Source: Methylomonas sp. (GTDB taxonomy: Bacteria > Pseudomonadota > Gammaproteobacteria > Methylococcales > Methylomonadaceae). From it: DNA of 64,000 bases. A program made the position numbers and the translations under genes. The notes under the pieces were generated by a model. That model made no database searches and had not been told where the DNA came from. It was given only the letters and a program-made list of their open reading frames with translations. Shown here in pieces: positions 57,038-64,000 of this stretch. The stretch covers positions 1,805 through 65,804 of the forward strand of contig PESC01000050.1 in the NCBI GenBank assembly GCA_002929135.1, written 5' to 3'. Positions within the stretch are counted from its first letter, which is position 1, and every line of letters starts with the position of its first letter.

Positions 57038-58165
57038 ATGGCCGCAAAAGAAGATTTTTACAAACTGCTGGAAGTAGATAAAAACGCCAGTGAAGCCGAA
57101 ATCAAGAAAAGCTATCGGCGTATGGCGATGAAATATCATCCTGACAGAAATAGCGACAATCCGGATGAAGCCGAAAAGAAGTTCAAGCAAATCAAAGAAG
57201 CTTACGAGGTTTTGTCAGACCCGAAAAAGCGTGCGGCCTACGATCAGTTTGGCCGTGCCGGTGTCGATCCTGCCATGGGCGGTCGTGGTGCTGGCGCAGA
57301 TTTCAGCGATATTTTCGGTGATGTATTCGGCGACATTTTCGGCGGCGGTCGCCAGCAGCGCAGCAGTGTGCAGCGCGGCGCCGATCTGCGATACAACCTC
57401 GAACTGACACTGGAAGAAGCTGTCGGCGGCACCGAAGCCACGGTCAAGGTGCCGGTGCTGGTGACCTGCGGCGAATGTAAAGGCAGCGGTGCTCGCAAAG
57501 GCTCGACACCGACAACCTGTCCTACCTGCCACGGCCATGGCCAGGTGCGGATGCAGCAAGGCTTTTTTTCGGTACAGCAGACCTGCCCCACCTGTCGCGG
57601 CACCGGCAAGCAGATCAAAGACCCCTGTCCTAAATGCTACGGCCAGGGCCGGGTACAGGAAACCAAAACCCTCAATGTCAAAGTACCCGCCGGTGTCGAT
57701 ACCGGCGACCGCATTCGTCTGGCGGGCGAAGGCGAGGCCGGCATCAATGGCGGGCCATCCGGCGACTTGTACGTTCAGGTTCAAGTCAAGGATCACCCGA
57801 TCTTCACCCGCGACGGCGCCAACTTGTACTGCGAAGTGCCGATTGGTTTCCCGACGGCTTGCTTGGGTGGGGAACTGGAAGTGCCCACGCTGGACGGCAA
57901 GGTCAAGCTGAAAATCCCGGCCGAAACCCAGACCGGCAAGCTGTTCCGCTTGCGTGGCAAAGGCGTCAAGCCGGTGCGCGGTGGCGTGGTGGGCGATTTA
58001 CTATGCCGCGTCGTGCTGGAAACCCCGGTAAATCTGACCAAGGAACAAAAAGAACTGCTCGAAAAGCTACAAACGTCGCTATCCGGCAGTGGTAAACATC
58101 ACAGCCCGCAAGAACATGGCTGGCTGGATGGCATGAAAAATTTCTTCGACAACCTGACGGGCTAG
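57038..58165 (+). CDS. dnaJ: DnaJ
   Basis: HPD motif, G/F region, four CxxCxGxG repeats. Confidence 0.98.
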   Translation: MAAKEDFYKLLEVDKNASEAEIKKSYRRMAMKYHPDRNSDNPDEAEKKFKQIKEAYEVLSDPKKRAAYDQFGRAGVDPAMGGRGAGADFSDIFGDVFGDIFGGGRQQRSSVQRGADLRYNLELTLEEAVGGTEATVKVPVLVTCGECKGSGARKGSTPTTCPTCHGHGQVRMQQGFFSVQQTCPTCRGTGKQIKDPCPKCYGQGRVQETKTLNVKVPAGVDTGDRIRLAGEGEAGINGGPSGDLYVQVQVKDHPIFTRDGANLYCEVPIGFPTACLGGELEVPTLDGKVKLKIPAETQTGKLFRLRGKGVKPVRGGVVGDLLCRVVLETPVNLTKEQKELLEKLQTSLSGSGKHHSPQEHGWLDGMKNFFDNLTG

Positions 58166-58978
<813 letters not shown>

Positions 58979-59062
58979 TGGCCAAAATGGCATGACCGAA
59001 ACAACAGGGTTGTTTAGTCCCCCGGTGTTTCGTAAAATTGCACCAGTTTTAATCACTTTCGC

Positions 59063-59094
59063 AACGGGATCGGTCGCAAGACTCATCCCGTTTT
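59063..59094 (+). promoter_or_regulatory. Attenuator-like hairpin in the carA leader
   Basis: 12/13-bp stem, GCAA tetraloop, short T tract, downstream of TTGTTT-N17-TAAAAT. Confidence 0.5.
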
Positions 59095-59116
59095 CCATAT
59101 CTTGAGGTAGCTCATC

Positions 59117-60235
59117 TTGAATAAACCCGCATTACTGGTACTGGAAGATGGCACGGTGTTTCACGGCACGGCCATCGGTGCCGATGGCTGTTCTGTCGGT
59201 GAGGTGGTGTTCAACACAGCACTGACCGGCTATCAGGAAATTCTCAGCGACCCGTCCTATGCCCGCCAGATCGTCACCCTGACCTATCCGCACATAGGCA
59301 ATGTCGGCACCAATGCCGAAGATGACGAATCCGCCAAGGTGTATGCCAGTGGTCTGGTCGTGCGCGATCTGCCTTTGCTGGCCAGTAACTGGCGCATGGA
59401 CAAAACCTTGTCGGCTTATCTGCAAGACCACGGCGTGGTGGCCATTGCCGACATCGATACCCGCAAACTGACACGCATACTGCGCGACAAAGGCGCACAG
59501 CGCGGCTGCATCATGGCGGGCGCTGTGGATGTCGCAGCGGCCAAACAGGCCATCGACGGCTTCCCTGGCCTGCAAGGCATGGATTTGGCAAAGGTCGTAA
59601 GCACGTCGCAGATTTACCAATGGCACGAAGATGTCTGGACATTGGCCAACGGCTATCAACCCGCGGCTGAGCCGATCAAACACGTCGTTGCCTACGATTT
59701 CGGCATCAAACGCAACATTCTGCGTCTGCTGGCCAACCGTGGCTGCCGGGTAACCGTGGTACCTGCGACAACGCCTGCCGCCGATGTGCTGGCGATGAAG
59801 CCGGACGGCGTGTTTCTGTCCAACGGCCCCGGCGATCCTGAGCCTTGCGATTACGCAATTGCCGCCATCAAAACCCTTCTGGAGAGCAAAATACCGATAT
59901 TCGGCATCTGCCTGGGACATCAGTTACTGGCGCTGGCCAGTGGTGCCAAAACCGAAAAGATGAAATTCGGTCATCATGGCGCCAACCACCCGGTACAGGA
60001 GTTGTCCACTGGCAAAGTGATGATCAGCAGCCAGAATCACGGCTTCTCGGTCAATGCCGACTCGCTGCCCGCCCATTTGCAGGCTACCCATGTGTCGCTG
60101 TTCGACGGCAGCCTGCAAGGCATGGCCCGCACCGACCGGCCTGCATTCAGCTTTCAGGGCCATCCTGAAGCCAGCCCAGGGCCGCATGATGTGGAAGCCT
60201 TGTTTGATCGATTCAAAGCCATGATGCAGGCTTGA
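59117..60235 (+). CDS. carA: Carbamoyl-phosphate synthase small chain
   Basis: [28 protein letters not shown]. Confidence 0.98.
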   Translation: MNKPALLVLEDGTVFHGTAIGADGCSVGEVVFNTALTGYQEILSDPSYARQIVTLTYPHIGNVGTNAEDDESAKVYASGLVVRDLPLLASNWRMDKTLSAYLQDHGVVAIADIDTRKLTRILRDKGAQRGCIMAGAVDVAAAKQAIDGFPGLQGMDLAKVVSTSQIYQWHEDVWTLANGYQPAAEPIKHVVAYDFGIKRNILRLLANRGCRVTVVPATTPAADVLAMKPDGVFLSNGPGDPEPCDYAIAAIKTLLESKIPIFGICLGHQLLALASGAKTEKMKFGHHGANHPVQELSTGKVMISSQNHGFSVNADSLPAHLQATHVSLFDGSLQGMARTDRPAFSFQGHPEASPGPHDVEALFDRFKAMMQA

Positions 60236-60239
60236 CGCC

Positions 60240-60620
60240 ATGGGCAGCACCTACGCCGATATCGACATCGAAAACCTGTTTCAAAAGCAGCGCATGCGTG
60301 CAAAAGCTTTGGTCGATTCGGGATCGGTGTTTTTGACGGTGCCGACACATATCGCTTTGCAACTGGGTTTCGATACTACTGAAGTTTCTACTCGCGAAGT
60401 GGTTCTGGCCGATGGCACACGCAAGGCGGTACCGATGATAGGGCCACTGCGGGTGTGTTTTCTTGATCGCTACTGCGATTTATCGGCTTTGGTCATGGGC
60501 GACGAACCTTTATTCGGCGCAGTGCCCATGGACATGATGGACTTGGTATTGCACCCGGCGACGCAAACGCTGGGCGTCAATCCTCAAAGTCCGTTTGTGC
60601 CGGTGGCGCTGGCGAAGTGA
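60240..60620 (+). CDS. Single-domain clan AA (retropepsin-like) aspartic protease
   Basis: ALVDSGS catalytic motif, LADG flap, EPLFGA. Confidence 0.85.
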   Translation: MGSTYADIDIENLFQKQRMRAKALVDSGSVFLTVPTHIALQLGFDTTEVSTREVVLADGTRKAVPMIGPLRVCFLDRYCDLSALVMGDEPLFGAVPMDMMDLVLHPATQTLGVNPQSPFVPVALAK

Positions 60621-60724
60621 GCAAGTATTTCAGCAGGCGAGTGGTCGCTGAATAAAAAAGCCGTCATGCGGCGGTGGGTTCTGCTTTCGTAAACACCACC
60701 CCAGCCCAAGCACGAGGAAAACCA

Positions 60725-60946
60725 ATGACGTTACCTGAAATGATTTACCTGCACAGTTTGAAATTGCCCGATGCCGCTGCGCGTGAGGCTCTGGATTTCA
60801 TTGAATTTTTAGAACAGCGTTATGGCCTGGAACAAGTTGCCATTCAGCACAGAATCCAGCGCAAAGCAGGTAGTGCCAAAGGGGTGTTTCAGATTATCGA
60901 AGATGACGAAAACCATCTAACGGATTTCAAGGAGTATATGCCTTGA
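60725..60946 (+). CDS. DUF2281-like antitoxin
   Basis: LP....E.LDFIEFL..RY, RKAGSAKG..DFKEYM; overlaps the vapC start. Confidence 0.75.
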   Translation: MTLPEMIYLHSLKLPDAAAREALDFIEFLEQRYGLEQVAIQHRIQRKAGSAKGVFQIIEDDENHLTDFKEYMP

Positions 60947-61359
60947 GATTTTTGCTGGATACGCACACGTTATTATGGTTTTTGACGGATGACGCTGCGT
61001 TGAGCACAACAGCAAAAACCATTGTCGAATTGGCAGACAACACCATTCTGATTAGCCCGGCAAGTTACTGGGAAATTGCGATCAAAATCAGTCTTGGGGA
61101 ATACCGATTACCTGAGCCATTGTCCAGCTTCATGGCCCGCGAACTCTCGCGTAACGGCATGACGATTCTGCCGATCAGCATTGAACATGCCGAACACGTA
61201 GCCGCATTGCCGTTTCACCATCGCGACCCGTTCGACCGGCTGTTGATCGCGCAAGCCTTGGTGGAAAATGTCCAGGTAGTTAGTATCGATACTGCTTTTG
61301 ATGCCTATGACATCAAACGATGTCTGGTAGATCGTCAGGACAAAGCCCAGCGCCGTTAA
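60943..61359 (+). CDS. vapC: PIN-domain (VapC) toxin
   Basis: LLDTH, SPASYWEI, HRDPFDRLLIAQA, SID. Confidence 0.92.
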   Translation: MRFLLDTHTLLWFLTDDAALSTTAKTIVELADNTILISPASYWEIAIKISLGEYRLPEPLSSFMARELSRNGMTILPISIEHAEHVAALPFHHRDPFDRLLIAQALVENVQVVSIDTAFDAYDIKRCLVDRQDKAQRR

Positions 61360-61398
61360 AAACTTAGGCTATACAACTGATTAATAACGAAAAACATC

Positions 61399-64000
61399 AT
61401 GCCCAAAAGAACCGACCTAAAATCCATTCTGTTACTCGGCGCCGGGCCTATCGTCATCGGTCAGGCTTGCGAGTTCGACTACTCCGGCACCCAGGCTTGT
61501 AAAGCCTTGCGTGAAGAGGGCTACCGGGTGATCCTGGTCAACTCCAATCCGGCCACCATCATGACCGACCCGGACATGGCCGATGCGATTTACATCGAGC
61601 CTATCGATTGGCAAACCGTCGAGAAAATCATCGAGAAAGAACGCCCTGATGCCATCCTGCCGACCATGGGCGGCCAAACCGCGCTGAACTGTGCTTTGGC
61701 ACTGGACAAACACGGCGTGCTGGCAAAGTACGGTGTGGAAATGATAGGCGCCAGCAAAGACGCCATCAACAAGGCCGAAGACCGCGATTTGTTCAATCAG
61801 GCCATGCGCCGGATCGGCCTGGAGGTATCCAGGGCCAAAGTCGCGCATAACATGACCGAGGCTTTTGCCGCGCAGGAAGACGTCGGTTACCCGACGGTCA
61901 TCCGCCCCTCGTTCACCATGGGCGGCAGCGGTGGCGGCATCGCCTACAATCGTGAGGAATTCATCGAAATCTGCGAACGCGGCCTGGATTTGTCGCCCAG
62001 CAAGGAATTGTTGATCGAAGAATCCATTTTGGGCTGGAAGGAATTCGAGATGGAGGTGGTGCGTGATCGCAACGACAACTGCATCATCGTCTGCGCCATC
62101 GAAAACTTCGACCCGATGGGTGTGCATACTGGCGATTCGATCACCGTCGCCCCGGCGCAAACCCTGACCGACAAGGAATACCAGATCATGCGCAACGCAT
62201 CGTTGGCGGTATTGCGCGAAATTGGCGTCGATACCGGCGGCTCCAACGTGCAATTTGCGGTCAACCCTGACAATGGCCGTCTGATCGTCATCGAGATGAA
62301 CCCCAGGGTGTCGCGTTCGTCGGCGCTGGCATCGAAAGCCACCGGCTTTCCGATCGCCAAGGTTGCCGCCAAATTGGCCGTCGGCTTTACCCTGGACGAA
62401 TTGCAGAACGAAATCACCGGCGGCAAAACCCCGGCCTCGTTCGAACCGAGTATCGATTACGTGGTTACCAAAGTGCCACGCTTCGCTTTCGAGAAATTCC
62501 CGCAAGCCAACGATCGCTTGACTACACAAATGAAATCGGTCGGCGAGGTGATGGCCATAGGCCGCACCTTCCAGGAATCCCTGCAAAAAGCCTTGCGCGG
62601 CCTGGAAGTGGGCGTGGACGGGCTGGATGAAGTCGCCGACTTGAGCGACGCCAACGCTCAGGACACCATACTGCGCGAACTGCGTCACCCTGGCCCGCTC
62701 CGTTTGTGGTATCTGGCCGATGCCTTCCGCAGCCATTTGAGCTTTGATGACATTCACCGGGCATCACGCATCGATCCGTGGTTTCTGGCCCAGGTCGAGG
62801 ATATCATCGTCACCGAAAACACCCTGGCCAGCAAAACCCTGGCCACTCTGGAGCCAGGCGAGCTGCTGCGTCTGAAACGCAAGGGTTTTTCCGACAAGCG
62901 CCTGGCGAAACTGCTGGCAACCAAGGAATCGGAAGTCCGCAACGTCCGCCACAAACAAGGCGTGCGCCCAGTTTACAAACGCATCGATTCCTGCGCGGCG
63001 GAATTCGCATCGGATACCGCCTACCTGTACTCGACTTACGAGCAGGAATGCGAGGCCCAGCCGTCTGCCAAAGAAAAAATCGTTATCTTGGGTGGCGGTC
63101 CCAATCGTATCGGCCAAGGCATCGAGTTCGATTATTGCTGCGTCCATGCGGCGCTGGCGCTGCGTGAGGATGGCTACGAAACCATCATGGTCAACTGCAA
63201 CCCGGAAACCGTTTCCACCGACTTCGATACCTCCGATCGCCTGTATTTCGAACCGCTGACACTGGAAGACGTACTGGAAATCATCGACCTGGAAAAACCC
63301 AAAGGCGTGATCGTGCAATACGGCGGCCAAACGCCGCTGAAACTGGCCCGCGCCCTGGAAGCCGCCGGTGCACCTATCATAGGCACGTCGCCGGATTCCA
63401 TCGACCTGGCCGAAGACCGTGAGCGTTTCCAGAAATTGCTGGAGCGCTTGAACCTGAAACAACCGCCCAATGCCACCGCGCGTTCGGTGGAGCAAGCCGT
63501 CAGTTCCGCCAAGGACATCGGTTATCCGCTGGTGGTGCGTCCGTCCTACGTACTGGGTGGCCGGGCCATGGAAATCGTATTCAACGAAGACGGTCTGCGC
63601 CGCTACATGAAAGAGGCGGTTAGCGTGTCCAACGATTCGCCGGTGCTGCTGGATCGCTTCCTGGATGATGCGGTGGAAATGGACGTCGACGCGATTTACG
63701 ACGGCGAAACCTGCTTGATCGGCGGCTTGATGGAACACATCGAACAAGCCGGTGTGCATTCCGGCGACTCGGCCTGCTCGATTCCGCCCTACGATTTACC
63801 CATCCATCTTCAGGATCAGTTGCGGGCGCAAGTGGCGAAAATGGCGGAAGCCCTGGGCGTTTGCGGCTTGATGAACACTCAGTTTGCCATTCAGGGCGAG
63901 ACGGTTTACGTGCTGGAAGTCAATCCGCGCGCCTCGCGCACCGCGCCATTCGTATCCAAGGCCACAGGCTACCCGTTGGCCAAGATCGCCGCGCGCTGCA
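61399..64000 (+). CDS. carB: Carbamoyl-phosphate synthase large chain (3' truncated by the window edge; not in the ORF track)
   Basis: [59 protein letters not shown]. Confidence 0.97.
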   Translation, partial: MPKRTDLKSILLLGAGPIVIGQACEFDYSGTQACKALREEGYRVILVNSNPATIMTDPDMADAIYIEPIDWQTVEKIIEKERPDAILPTMGGQTALNCALALDKHGVLAKYGVEMIGASKDAINKAEDRDLFNQAMRRIGLEVSRAKVAHNMTEAFAAQEDVGYPTVIRPSFTMGGSGGGIAYNREEFIEICERGLDLSPSKELLIEESILGWKEFEMEVVRDRNDNCIIVCAIENFDPMGVHTGDSITVAPAQTLTDKEYQIMRNASLAVLREIGVDTGGSNVQFAVNPDNGRLIVIEMNPRVSRSSALASKATGFPIAKVAAKLAVGFTLDELQNEITGGKTPASFEPSIDYVVTKVPRFAFEKFPQANDRLTTQMKSVGEVMAIGRTFQESLQKALRGLEVGVDGLDEVADLSDANAQDTILRELRHPGPLRLWYLADAFRSHLSFDDIHRASRIDPWFLAQVEDIIVTENTLASKTLATLEPGELLRLKRKGFSDKRLAKLLATKESEVRNVRHKQGVRPVYKRIDSCAAEFASDTAYLYSTYEQECEAQPSAKEKIVILGGGPNRIGQGIEFDYCCVHAALALREDGYETIMVNCNPETVSTDFDTSDRLYFEPLTLEDVLEIIDLEKPKGVIVQYGGQTPLKLARALEAAGAPIIGTSPDSIDLAEDRERFQKLLERLNLKQPPNATARSVEQAVSSAKDIGYPLVVRPSYVLGGRAMEIVFNEDGLRRYMKEAVSVSNDSPVLLDRFLDDAVEMDVDAIYDGETCLIGGLMEHIEQAGVHSGDSACSIPPYDLPIHLQDQLRAQVAKMAEALGVCGLMNTQFAIQGETVYVLEVNPRASRTAPFVSKATGYPLAKIAARC

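Overview
A ~64 kb, moderately GC-rich gammaproteobacterial chromosome segment, most likely from a Methylococcaceae methanotroph such as Methylomonas. This is an inference, based mainly on a 131-aa McHr-like bacteriohemerythrin. Most of the window is housekeeping genes: purC; hslVU-DUF971-ubiEJB; a caa3-type oxidase operon (coxB-coxA-small ORF-ctaG-coxC); tRNA-Phe-rimP-nusA-infB-rbfA-truB-rpsO-pnp; Rrf2-sufB; folM/folK/folB; plsY/tsaD; rpsU-yqeY-dnaG-rpoD-tRNA-Ile2; metK-ahcY; uvrA; glgX; CIRCE-hrcA-grpE-dnaK-dnaJ-dapB-carA-carB (carB runs off the end). The strongest unexplained signals are: (1) an incomplete type II secretion cluster (gspCDEF only) behind a near-consensus Pho-box promoter that predicts a leaderless mRNA, divergent from an uncharacterised ribbon-helix-helix protein; (2) a perfect FNR box at -41.5 upstream of the hemerythrin, next to the oxidase operon; (3) a split Aer-like (CetAB-type) energy-taxis pair whose MCP ends in a CZB-like domain lacking two Zn ligands; (4) toxin-antitoxin and retropepsin cassettes inserted inside dnaK-dnaJ and carA-carB; (5) several families of small palindromic elements, including an RPE-like element; and (6) small features missed by the ORF track (a 32-aa cox ORF, a ParE pseudogene, a MinD-like tail on GlgX). 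No database searches were run. All family calls come from recognising motifs by eye.
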